A stretch of 32,000 nt of DNA from an uncultured Candidatus Saccharibacteria bacterium (lineage in GTDB: Bacteria; Patescibacteriota; Minisyncoccia; Minisyncoccales; RBG-13-42-11). Under the pieces are notes generated by a model. It worked only from the letters and a program-made list of their open reading frames with translations. It searched no databases and was not told the DNA's origin. Made by a program: the position numbers and the translations under genes. Below, in pieces: positions 1 to 7,891 of this stretch (positions within the stretch are counted from its first letter, which is position 1; every line of letters starts with the position of its first letter). The DNA is taken from positions 117,801-149,800 of the forward strand of contig CAYZSL010000002.1 in NCBI GenBank assembly GCA_964481125.1. The letters are read 5' to 3'.

Positions 1-371
1 ACAATTAAGCCACAGATAACAGGAGTAAAGTTAATTAAAAGGGCGATAATAATTAATTTCGGCAAGGCTTTCTGAGCCTGATAGCCGGTAAGTCGGAGAG
101 CCGTTCCTAATCCGATAACTACCAATGCCAAAACTATAATAATGTTAGCAAAATCTCTAGTTAGTCCCCAACCGACCTCAAGGAAAGCATTATTAGCTGG
201 ATCAGTATAAGAAAGAGAAATAAAATTAGGCGAAAGAACCCAATTCAAAATATTAACAGCAAGCCATAAAAAAGCTCCGCTGATTATCCCTATAACATTA
301 AAAATCAAACCAAATATACTGGCAGCAACGCCCGATAAAGCAGTAGCAATTGCACTAACTATTGGACCCAT
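1..371 (-). CDS. Partial multi-pass membrane protein, VirB6/TrbL-like (T4SS-like family); C-terminus beyond window edge
   Basis: Minus-strand frame open from CAT at 369-371 to the window edge: MGPIVSAIATALSGVAASIFGLIFNVIGIISGAFLWLAVNILNWVLSPNFISLSYTDPANNAFLEVGWGLTRDFANIIIVLALVVIGLGTALRLTGYQAQKALPKLIIIALLINFTPVICGLI; hydrophobic helices; divergent to VirB2-like genes. Confidence 0.6.
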   Translation of the reverse strand, partial: MGPIVSAIATALSGVAASIFGLIFNVIGIISGAFLWLAVNILNWVLSPNFISLSYTDPANNAFLEVGWGLTRDFANIIIVLALVVIGLGTALRLTGYQAQKALPKLIIIALLINFTPVICGLI

Positions 372-386
372 AAAATTAATTGTTTT

Positions 387-392
387 ATTATA
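387..392 (-). promoter_or_regulatory. Extended -10 box (TGGTATAAT on minus strand) for the partial membrane gene
   Basis: Plus-strand ATTATACCA at 387-395; start codon 15 nt downstream; no Shine-Dalgarno in the short leader. Confidence 0.5.
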
Positions 393-424
393 CCATACTA
401 CAAAAGAAAAAAGAAAGACAAATA

Positions 425-453
425 TTGGTCAAGAGCTTAAAACTTGCTATGAT
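425..453 (+). promoter_or_regulatory. Sigma70-like promoter TTGGTC-N17-TATGAT with TG extension, 6 nt upstream of ATG
   Basis: TTGGTC 425-430, TATGAT 448-453, TG at 445-446, ATG at 460. Confidence 0.5.
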
Positions 454-459
454 AAAGCA

Positions 460-2316
460 ATGAAGAAGCTGAAAGTATTTTCTTTTCTTTTGATTCTTAT
501 ATTTTCTTTATTTGCTGCTGGTTTTATTTTTGCTCAAAGACCATTAGAGATTGAATATCCTGAAGCTGGTGGTTTAAGGCCTGAAACTACTATTTTCGGC
601 CTTTCAGCATACGTAAAATATATATTTAATCTTTCAATTATTATTGCTGGATTAATAGCTTTTGCTGGTTTTGTCGCTGGTGGTATAAAATATATAACCT
701 CAACCGGCATCCCTGCTTTTAAAAAAGACGCTGGGGAACAAATGTTCGCTGCTTTTGTCGGTCTTTTGGTGCTTCTTACCTCTTATATGCTTTTAACAAG
801 TATTAACCCAGCATTAACCATGCTGGCAGGTCCGGAAATAATCAAAATCACTCCTGAATTCGTGGAAACGCCTACCCTAGAAAAAGAAACGTTATCATAC
901 ACCGAAATTCCAGTAGGCGCATTAATCCAAGAGCTTTTCCTTGAAGAGAGATTAGATAATTTAAAAACTTTTTCAAAAAAAGTTAGAGATATTTCAAATA
1001 AAATTGAACAAAAAACAAAAGAATTAAATTCTATTATCGCTCAATGCTCCTGCGACAAAGCGCACCCCAATTGTTCCGGAAACAATGAGACAAGTTGCTT
1101 AGCGGGATATTGTTCTGGAGATCCATGTCTAAACAAGAATGCAATTAAACTAAAAAGAAATGAAATTGAAGAGCTTATTAATAATGAAGAAGATGGACTT
1201 ATCTATTGGCAGAAGAAATTAGACAGAGAAATCAACGGCTCTTCCGAAGAAGAAGATGAATACATCGGCTTTAGGCAGATATATGAAGATTTGTTATCAG
1301 CTGAGGAGATGATGAAAAAATGTTCAGCAACTGCTAGCGCCAACGGTAAGCCGCAATTCTTAGTGGCCTACAAAGACTTTTGGGTTTACCAGCAGTATAT
1401 GGCAGAAAAATATATGATAGAGCAATTTTATAGGGAAAGACCTTTTGAATATATTCGTTTACCTAATCATCCTTTCGAGCCAACAACATTTTACTGCTCT
1501 GAAATGCTTTATTCTGTTGTCCCAATAGAGATTGATGAGGATTTAATCGCTGAGCTTGGAAAAGAAATAGAGATTTCCGAAGCCGCGACCTTGTGTAGCA
1601 ATGAAATTTTTATTGGTAAAGATGTTGACAGTACAGAAGAATTAGCTAGAAGGATGCTGGTTGAATTAGATGATATTAATAATAATGCCAAAGAAGAAAT
1701 AAATAATGAGATAGTTTCCACGGCCGATCCGAATGAATGTATAATTTCTACGTGTTCTTCTAATTGCCAGTGGATAGAAAAGCAGTGTATAAAGGGATAT
1801 TATTGTTGTGGTGGTTATGATGATGAAGGAAATTGTATGGAATGGTGTCCAGAGTGGGAAGATTGTAGTGAGTGCAAAACTTATCCCTGTACAGGAAGTG
1901 TTTGCCCTGGAGATCAGCCGAAGAAATCGCAGATTAATTCTCAATATAATCAAATTAAAGAGAACGATTCTGAGATATCTTCATCGTATATAGAGTTAGT
2001 AAATCTTATTCAGGAAAATGTTAGTGACAAATTCCTAAAAATATCGAATATTTTTAAGAGTTTAAGAACCGTACAAAGTCAAACTACAGCTTGTCACAAT
2101 CCCAAAGAGTCTTACATAAAACTCGAAGAAGGAAGAGAAAGCATTGTTTGGAGAGAATTTTTCCTTTGTTCTGATATTAAAGAATTTGCCACAAGAGAAA
2201 CTCCTTTCTACGATGAAGAAGGAGATGTTATAAATGATTGCTATGGCCCGACTTCAGACAACTTAGATTTTATGGATAATTTGTTCTGTTGCAAAGGTGA
2301 ATATGGGCCAGAATAA
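460..2316 (+). CDS. Large secreted/membrane protein: signal peptide, VirB2/TrbC pilin-like two-helix domain, then coiled-coil and Cys-rich segments
   Basis: 618 aa ORF; N-terminus MKKLKVFSFLLILIFSLFAAGFIFAQ; helices YVKYIFNLSIIIAGLIAFAGFVAGGIKYITS and FAAFVGLLVLLTSYMLLTSINP; multiple CxxC-like clusters later. Confidence 0.7.
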   Translation: MKKLKVFSFLLILIFSLFAAGFIFAQRPLEIEYPEAGGLRPETTIFGLSAYVKYIFNLSIIIAGLIAFAGFVAGGIKYITSTGIPAFKKDAGEQMFAAFVGLLVLLTSYMLLTSINPALTMLAGPEIIKITPEFVETPTLEKETLSYTEIPVGALIQELFLEERLDNLKTFSKKVRDISNKIEQKTKELNSIIAQCSCDKAHPNCSGNNETSCLAGYCSGDPCLNKNAIKLKRNEIEELINNEEDGLIYWQKKLDREINGSSEEEDEYIGFRQIYEDLLSAEEMMKKCSATASANGKPQFLVAYKDFWVYQQYMAEKYMIEQFYRERPFEYIRLPNHPFEPTTFYCSEMLYSVVPIEIDEDLIAELGKEIEISEAATLCSNEIFIGKDVDSTEELARRMLVELDDINNNAKEEINNEIVSTADPNECIISTCSSNCQWIEKQCIKGYYCCGGYDDEGNCMEWCPEWEDCSECKTYPCTGSVCPGDQPKKSQINSQYNQIKENDSEISSSYIELVNLIQENVSDKFLKISNIFKSLRTVQSQTTACHNPKESYIKLEEGRESIVWREFFLCSDIKEFATRETPFYDEEGDVINDCYGPTSDNLDFMDNLFCCKGEYGPE

Positions 2317-2324
2317 ATTTGTGT

Positions 2325-2330
2325 TATAAT
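2325..2330 (+). promoter_or_regulatory. Extended -10 box TGTTATAAT 10 nt upstream of ATG
   Basis: TATAAT 2325-2330 preceded by TGT; ATG at 2341. Confidence 0.45.
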
Positions 2331-2340
2331 TTGATAACCT

Positions 2341-3387
2341 ATGTTTAAAAACCTCCCAATAATTATTTCTTTGTCTTTATTAGTTTTATTTTTGGCTAGT
2401 TTTTGTCTAGCGCTAACAGCAGAAGATCGTCCTTTAGAAGTTCCTTTGCCAGAAATCGGCTCAGAATCTGGTATAACAGCCACTCCTCTTTTGCCAGATT
2501 ATATAAAATATATTTTTAATTTTGCCGTAGTTATTTGCGGATTTGTTGCTTTCGGTGTTTTAGTTATGGGTGGCGTAAGATATGTGGCTTCTGCGGGAAA
2601 TCCCTCTACCATGTCGGATGCCAATGGCCAGATGCTCGCTGGTATTATGGGTCTAGTTATTATCCTGGGGTCTTGGCTGATCCTAAACACCATTAATCCA
2701 CAATTAAAGGTTATTAACCTTGAGTATAAAGAATCAGAATTGGTAGATGAAGGAACGGCCGAGGTTTTATTATGTAAAGATTCGGGAACAGAAAACTGTA
2801 AGCTTTTTCAAAGAAGTGTTTCTACATTAGGAGAAATAAATGGTCAGGTTAATTATATAAGATTTAATAATACAGAAGGTATAACATACGGAGCAGTTCT
2901 GCACAGCAAACAGAATTGGCAAGGCAACTGTGTTGTTTGTCTCGAAAGTGGTTGTAACATTGAAAAAGCTAATGGTGGTTATTCTATTACAGTTTTTAGA
3001 CAAGGTGATGGAGGAGGCGGAGGAGGTGTTGCAGTTACTCTTTATGAAGTGGATAGTTATAATGAATTATGTGGAACAGAATGTAAAAATAGCTGTTCTG
3101 GTTTTGGTGAGATATGCGGAGAAAAATGCATAGGATGGCAAGATTGGCTACCTGATTGGACTTGGCGAGGGGGAAAGTGTTGGCCTTTTAATGCTGGTGC
3201 ATACGAAACTACGAATATAGGTCTTTTAGAAAAAGTAAGATCATTTTATATAAATGAAAAAGGCAAGTATTTAGTAGTACGTTTTGATAAAACAAATTTT
3301 GAAGGTAATTGTGAAGTCCACCGCTATAGCTCTATGAACATCGGAGCTCAAGTAGTTAAGTCTTTAAAAGTTATCCCTATAAAATAA
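2341..3387 (+). CDS. Second VirB2/TrbC-like protein with long Cys-rich C-terminal extension; tandem paralogue of 460..2316 in the N-terminal third
   Basis: 348 aa ORF; N-terminus RPLEVPLPEIGS...YIKYIFNFAVVICGFVAFGVLVMGGVRYVASAG...GLVIILGSWLILNTINPQL parallels the upstream ORF. Confidence 0.7.
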   Translation: MFKNLPIIISLSLLVLFLASFCLALTAEDRPLEVPLPEIGSESGITATPLLPDYIKYIFNFAVVICGFVAFGVLVMGGVRYVASAGNPSTMSDANGQMLAGIMGLVIILGSWLILNTINPQLKVINLEYKESELVDEGTAEVLLCKDSGTENCKLFQRSVSTLGEINGQVNYIRFNNTEGITYGAVLHSKQNWQGNCVVCLESGCNIEKANGGYSITVFRQGDGGGGGGVAVTLYEVDSYNELCGTECKNSCSGFGEICGEKCIGWQDWLPDWTWRGGKCWPFNAGAYETTNIGLLEKVRSFYINEKGKYLVVRFDKTNFEGNCEVHRYSSMNIGAQVVKSLKVIPIK

Positions 3388-4205
3388 GATTTTGTTAAAT
3401 TCATCCAATCTTTCAAACCAAGGGTTTCAGCCCTTTGAGAAGGTTGGATTTTGTTTTTCAAAAGCCAATTTTCTACATTTTTTTTGTCTATTTTTAAACC
3501 TCGAGAAAGATTGTTTATCAATTGCTTTCTAGGCTGGCAAAATCCAGCCTTAACGATTTTAAAGAATAAATCTCTTTTTTCAGAATAGGCGTAATTTGAA
3601 AGGCAGGGAGAAATTTTAATAACAGCAGAGTCAACTTTCGGTACAGGCCAGAATGATTTTCTGGAAATATAGCTGACAATTTCTACTTTAGCGTAAGCCT
3701 GAACAGAAACAGCTAAAATGCTCATTTTCGGAGGACTGGCGCAGATTCTTTGTCCTACTTCTTTTTGGACAACCAAAACCATTTGTTGGGGAGGATTATC
3801 AATAGCCTCAAGAAAGCGGCGGATAACAGGAGCAGTTAAATAAAAAGGGAGATTAGCCACTATCTTATAGTTTTTAAACTCAGGAATAAACTTTAGAATG
3901 TCTTTATTAATGATTTCTAAGTTTTTATTATTAAAGCTTTCTTTTAGCAGTTCAACCATATTCTTGTCTTTTTCTACAGCAATCACTTTTTTAACCTTTT
4001 GAACTAGTTCTTTAGTCAAAACTCCTAGGCCCGGCCCTATCTCCAAAACCAAATCTTCCGAATTCAAGTCAGCTGCCTTAATAATCTTTTTAATTGCTCT
4101 GCTGTCCACTAAAAAGTTCTACCCCAGTCTTTTTAGGGGCTTAATTCGCTCGCTTTTCAGAAGATTTTTAATATTTTTCTTGTAAGATAAGTCCATTAAA
4201 GGCAT
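3348..4205 (-). CDS. ksgA: 16S rRNA (adenine1518/1519-N6) dimethyltransferase, interrupted by an in-frame TAG at 4119-4121 (track ORF 3348..4109 starts at a GTG after the stop)
   Basis: VLEIGPGLGVLTKEL SAM-binding motif and NLPFYLTAPV catalytic motif; upstream in-frame sequence MPLMDLSYKKNIKNLLKSERIKPLKRLG*NFLVDSRAIKKIIKAAD restores the family N-terminus. Confidence 0.85.
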
Positions 4206-4290
4206 TTTAGCATCATTTTACGGTGTGGAAAACCTGAGCTTTTTGCCCTTGACTTCCTCCACGGAAAGGGTAACCTTAAAGAAGTTTATA

Positions 4291-5391
4291 ATGATTGATT
4301 ATCTGAGTATTAACAAGCTGTTTAATATCGTTTGCAAAAAAACCAAGGGTTCTATAAAGACCCCTTGTATTTGTATGGGCATAATCGCTCTTTTTTTATT
4401 TGTTTTTGTCAGTTTCAGCCCTGCTTTGGTTTTAAATTCTTTTGCCGACAAAAGCGACCCTTGCTTGGTTGAGGAAGATGTCCAGGAAAGCAACTTATTT
4501 TGTGCTCCGATAAAAAGCTTTTCGCCAGAATCCCCAGAATTTGTTTTAATTGGGAATAGTAGCATGATAGCTTCCACTCCTCCGAATACTTTCTCCTCCC
4601 AGGTTTTAGGAGCTTTGGTTATAGGCTATGAATCAGAAGACGTTAAAAAAGTGATTACTGAGTATATTGTTGAAGAAGGAGATACTTTATGGTCTTTGGT
4701 TGAGGAATTCAATATTTCCATGAATACCATTCTTTGGGCCAACGATTTAAGCGAAAACTCAATAGTCAAGCCGGGCCAAAAGCTGGTTATTCTGCCAGTT
4801 TCTAGTTTGGTTCATCACGTAAAATCAGGAGATACTATATCCAGCATCGCCCAAACTTACAAGGGCAAGACAGAAGAAATAATTGCTTTTAACGATCTGG
4901 CTAATGAAAATGCTGTCTATATCGGGGACATTATTATTGTTCCTAATGGTGCGATGCCTTCTGTTATTGTCCAAGAGCAGCAGGCTCCCAGTAGCGTTCC
5001 TTTAGCCAGCAGCTATTTTATCTGTCCTCACGCAGCTTGCCACATCACTCAATGGCTTCACTGGTATAATGCAATTGATTTTGACGGCAAGTGCGGAGAT
5101 CCGATTAGAGCTGCAGCAGCTGGTACGGTTTTGAAGGTACAACTGACAAGCTCTACTTCCCGTTGGGCTTTTGGAGGCGCTGGCAATCACATAACAATAT
5201 TGCATCTCAATGGGGTGGTAACAATGTACGGCCATCTTTCCGCCAGCTTGGTAAATCCGGGAGATGTCGTTTCTCAAGGACAAATTATCGCTTTAATGGG
5301 TGGTCAGCCAGGAACGCCTGGGGCAGGGCTTTCAACCGGTTGTCATGTTCATTTTGGAGTGACAGGCGCTATAAACCCTTTTAACAGATAA
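4291..5391 (+). CDS. LysM-repeat M23 family endopeptidase (cell-wall hydrolase); ORF opens at GTG 4225 but ATG 4291 is the likelier start
   Basis: Two LysM repeats (VEEGDTLWSLVEEFNISMNTILWANDL..., VKSGDTISSIAQTYKGKTEEIIAFNDL...) and M23 motifs LHWYNAIDF...GDPIRAAAAGTV...GCHVHFGV. Confidence 0.85.
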   Translation: MIDYLSINKLFNIVCKKTKGSIKTPCICMGIIALFLFVFVSFSPALVLNSFADKSDPCLVEEDVQESNLFCAPIKSFSPESPEFVLIGNSSMIASTPPNTFSSQVLGALVIGYESEDVKKVITEYIVEEGDTLWSLVEEFNISMNTILWANDLSENSIVKPGQKLVILPVSSLVHHVKSGDTISSIAQTYKGKTEEIIAFNDLANENAVYIGDIIIVPNGAMPSVIVQEQQAPSSVPLASSYFICPHAACHITQWLHWYNAIDFDGKCGDPIRAAAAGTVLKVQLTSSTSRWAFGGAGNHITILHLNGVVTMYGHLSASLVNPGDVVSQGQIIALMGGQPGTPGAGLSTGCHVHFGVTGAINPFNR

Positions 5392-5509
5392 AACAAAAAT
5401 TCCATGCCTATTTTCCTATACGTACTAACTCTTTTTACGGACGGCCATATAAAACACATTTTGCATTATCTGGATCAGCAAATATTCTAATTGATTTTAT
5501 GGTTAAAAC

Positions 5510-5538
5510 AAAAAAGCCTCTTGATCGAGGCGTTTTTT
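5510..5538. terminator. Bidirectional rho-independent terminator between convergent genes
   Basis: AAAAAAGCCTC-TTGATC-GAGGCGTTTTTT. Confidence 0.8.
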
Positions 5539-5552
5539 AATACATATATATA

Positions 5553-5927
5553 CTATTTTCCTTCGCACTTCATACAAAGCCTGGCCGCAGGATAAACTTT
5601 CAGTCTTTCTTTATCTATTTCTTCTTTGCAGTTTTCGCACTTGTCGTAATTACCTTTTGTTATTTTATCTAAAGCCAGATTAATGTCTTTTAGCTGGTTT
5701 TCCAGATTGTATTCCAGGGGCAAAAGAGTACTGTATTCTTCCACTTCGTCAGCTGCTTTTTCCAGAGCGGCTGAGCCCGATTCGCCGCTGTCAAAGCTGG
5801 GAAAGCGGGTATCCCAGTCTCCCTTGACCCTGTCGTCTTTCTTGGCGATTTTCTCAAGCTGTGATTCAATATTCTTTTTTTCCTGTTCTAACTTTTCTTT
5901 TAGCTGATTCAGCAGTTTTTTGTCCAT
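5553..5927 (-). CDS. DksA/TraR C4-type zinc finger family protein
   Basis: 124 aa, coiled coil then CENCKEEIDKERLKVYPAARLCMKC. Confidence 0.8.
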   Translation of the reverse strand: MDKKLLNQLKEKLEQEKKNIESQLEKIAKKDDRVKGDWDTRFPSFDSGESGSAALEKAADEVEEYSTLLPLEYNLENQLKDINLALDKITKGNYDKCENCKEEIDKERLKVYPAARLCMKCEGK

Positions 5928-7885
5928 TACATTAAGCTGTTTTTAATATTAATAATCTTAAATATGGCTGCTTCTACCTTATCTTTGGATATTTCTCCGT
6001 TTCTGAACGCTTCAGCGAAAGCATCCAGGCCTTCGGCAACGCCTATTTCCCATCCAGAAAAAAACATGACATCAGCCCCAGCTTCAATCGGTTTTGTCAC
6101 AATATCCTTTAAAGAGAATTTGTCTGAAAGATAGGTTTGCGCCAAATCGTCTGTCATAATTATTACTTTTGAGCCCAAGTTATTCTTTAAATACTGGATG
6201 GCTTTTGGAGAAAAGGCAAAAGGCATAGAAGAATCCAGATTGGTATACACCATATTAGCAGTCATGACGAATTCTGGATTGGCTTGAATTGCTTTTTTAA
6301 ATTGGGATATTGTAGGCAACGTGCTTGTCTCAGCCAAGGATTCTTCGGGATTAAAAGTAATTCCAGAGTACCCAGGGAAGTGCTTCATAGCAGTCAGAAT
6401 GCCAGCGCCCTTCTGGCCGTCAATGAAAGATTTTGCCAAATTGCCTGAAGTTAGCGCATCCTTTTCAAAAGTTCTGTCGAAAAGAAAATCTTCTTCTCCG
6501 ACCTGGTCCAAAAGTGGAGCCAGATTGAGATTTATTCCCAATTCTTTCAATTCCTGGCCTCTCACTGAACCTATTTGAAAAGCCTGGTCAACTGATTCAA
6601 TTTCCGACTGGGCAGTTTTCTCCTGGAGAAAGTCTATTCTGGAAATAGTGCCGCCCTCCTGGTCAACAGCGACAAAAAGAGGCAGGCCGGTTTCCTGCAA
6701 AGAAAGAATCTGCAGATCGCCAATGAGTTTTTTCAGTTGCTCCTCGTTCTCAATGTTTTTTGACAGCAAAAGAATGCCTCCTGGCCTGTATTTTTTAAAG
6801 AAATCTGCCAGCTCAGTCGTTAAAGCGATTCCGTCAAATCCGACAATGAATAGCTGGCCGATTTGTTTTTCCAGTTTTGCCGCATCTGCTGCCTCAAACG
6901 TTTTTTTCATGCTTTCAAAAGAGGTGGCAAAAATAAAGTAATCATCAAGCAGAGCGTAGCAGATTCCGAAATCTTCTTTGGAAATGGTCAGAAATCTGAA
7001 GCTTTTTCCCTGGTAAGAGCTGTTTTTGAAAGAAGAAGCCAGGGCTTTAGTTTCTTTGCCCAGGGCAGCAAAGAGGATTTCAGTATCTGCTTCCATTGTC
7101 ATTTCCCAAGAAATCATTAAGTGAGAAATGTCTCCCTTTGTTTTTGTCATAAAGCCCAGGCGGTTAACTCCCTTGATTGAGTAGATAAACAAAGTAAAGT
7201 CATCTTCTAATCCGAATGAAACTTCTTCTGGAATTTTCATCGCAAAAGCTCCAAGAAATTCATTTAAACCGACAATTTTGTTTTCTGCCGTATTCTGGAA
7301 TAGAATCCTTGTATATCCATCCTCATAGGTTTTTTGCATAATCTGGGAAAACATCTGGGGAATGGCTGCTGCATTCGTGATCTCCATGGTTTCGGTAGAG
7401 CCAGCTGAAATTAAGGAAGCAGGAATAACAATTTTTGGTTTCTCGACGACTTCTTCGGTCGGCGTGGTTTCTGTTGTGATTTCTGTTTCCGGTTTGGCTA
7501 TTTCTCCTTTGGGCAATTTGCCTACAGTAAAAAGCCAGTAGAAAAAACCAACAAGAAGTAAAATAATAACAACAGCTGATATTCTGATCAGGATTTTTTT
7601 GAAAGAAGATGATGGTTTTTGCGTTTGGGGAATTAAGGTTTGGGGAGCTTCTTCTACGGCTGCTTCTTTTGGTAAAGCAGCGCTTTCTCTCGGCAAAAGA
7701 ATCCCTGGTTTTTCTGTTGGCGCTTCTTTTTTCACTTCCCCCAAAGCAGCCACTCTTGTTTTTTCTTTTTCAGCTTCTCCTTCCCTCAGTTTGGCAAGGT
7801 CTCTTTGCATTGTTTTTGCCTCGCCCCTTTTTAAAAACTCAAGCATTTCTTCTTTGTTTTCTTCTGGCTGAGGATTGTTTTCCAT
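5927..7885 (-). CDS. Membrane-anchored glycoside hydrolase family 3 (NagZ-like) protein with an uncharacterised extracytoplasmic N-terminal domain
   Basis: TM helix IRISAVVIILLLVGFFYWLFTVG; GH3 motifs PGGILLLSKNI, PLFVAVDQEGG, LNLAPLLD, TAMKHFPG, IIMTDDL. Confidence 0.8.
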   Translation of the reverse strand: MENNPQPEENKEEMLEFLKRGEAKTMQRDLAKLREGEAEKEKTRVAALGEVKKEAPTEKPGILLPRESAALPKEAAVEEAPQTLIPQTQKPSSSFKKILIRISAVVIILLLVGFFYWLFTVGKLPKGEIAKPETEITTETTPTEEVVEKPKIVIPASLISAGSTETMEITNAAAIPQMFSQIMQKTYEDGYTRILFQNTAENKIVGLNEFLGAFAMKIPEEVSFGLEDDFTLFIYSIKGVNRLGFMTKTKGDISHLMISWEMTMEADTEILFAALGKETKALASSFKNSSYQGKSFRFLTISKEDFGICYALLDDYFIFATSFESMKKTFEAADAAKLEKQIGQLFIVGFDGIALTTELADFFKKYRPGGILLLSKNIENEEQLKKLIGDLQILSLQETGLPLFVAVDQEGGTISRIDFLQEKTAQSEIESVDQAFQIGSVRGQELKELGINLNLAPLLDQVGEEDFLFDRTFEKDALTSGNLAKSFIDGQKGAGILTAMKHFPGYSGITFNPEESLAETSTLPTISQFKKAIQANPEFVMTANMVYTNLDSSMPFAFSPKAIQYLKNNLGSKVIIMTDDLAQTYLSDKFSLKDIVTKPIEAGADVMFFSGWEIGVAEGLDAFAEAFRNGEISKDKVEAAIFKIINIKNSLM

Positions 7886-7891
7886 AGAGGT

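Noticed and set aside
3348-3387. Convergent 3' overlap of the Cys-rich gene and ksgA as a regulatory antisense arrangement
   Set aside because: A 40-nt tail-to-tail overlap is common in compact genomes, and the extreme C-termini are not conserved enough to argue function.
4225-4290. GTG-initiated extension of the LysM-M23 protein
   Set aside because: MENLSFLPLTSSTERVTLKKFI is not signal-like, and the ATG at 4291 gives a more plausible start before the TM segment.
3348-5927. Genome-wide recoding of TAG (Gln) suggested by ksgA
   Set aside because: dksA-like and rny genes end naturally in TAG just before strong terminators, and no other long ORF needs TAG as sense; global recoding is not supported. 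Local suppression is not excluded.
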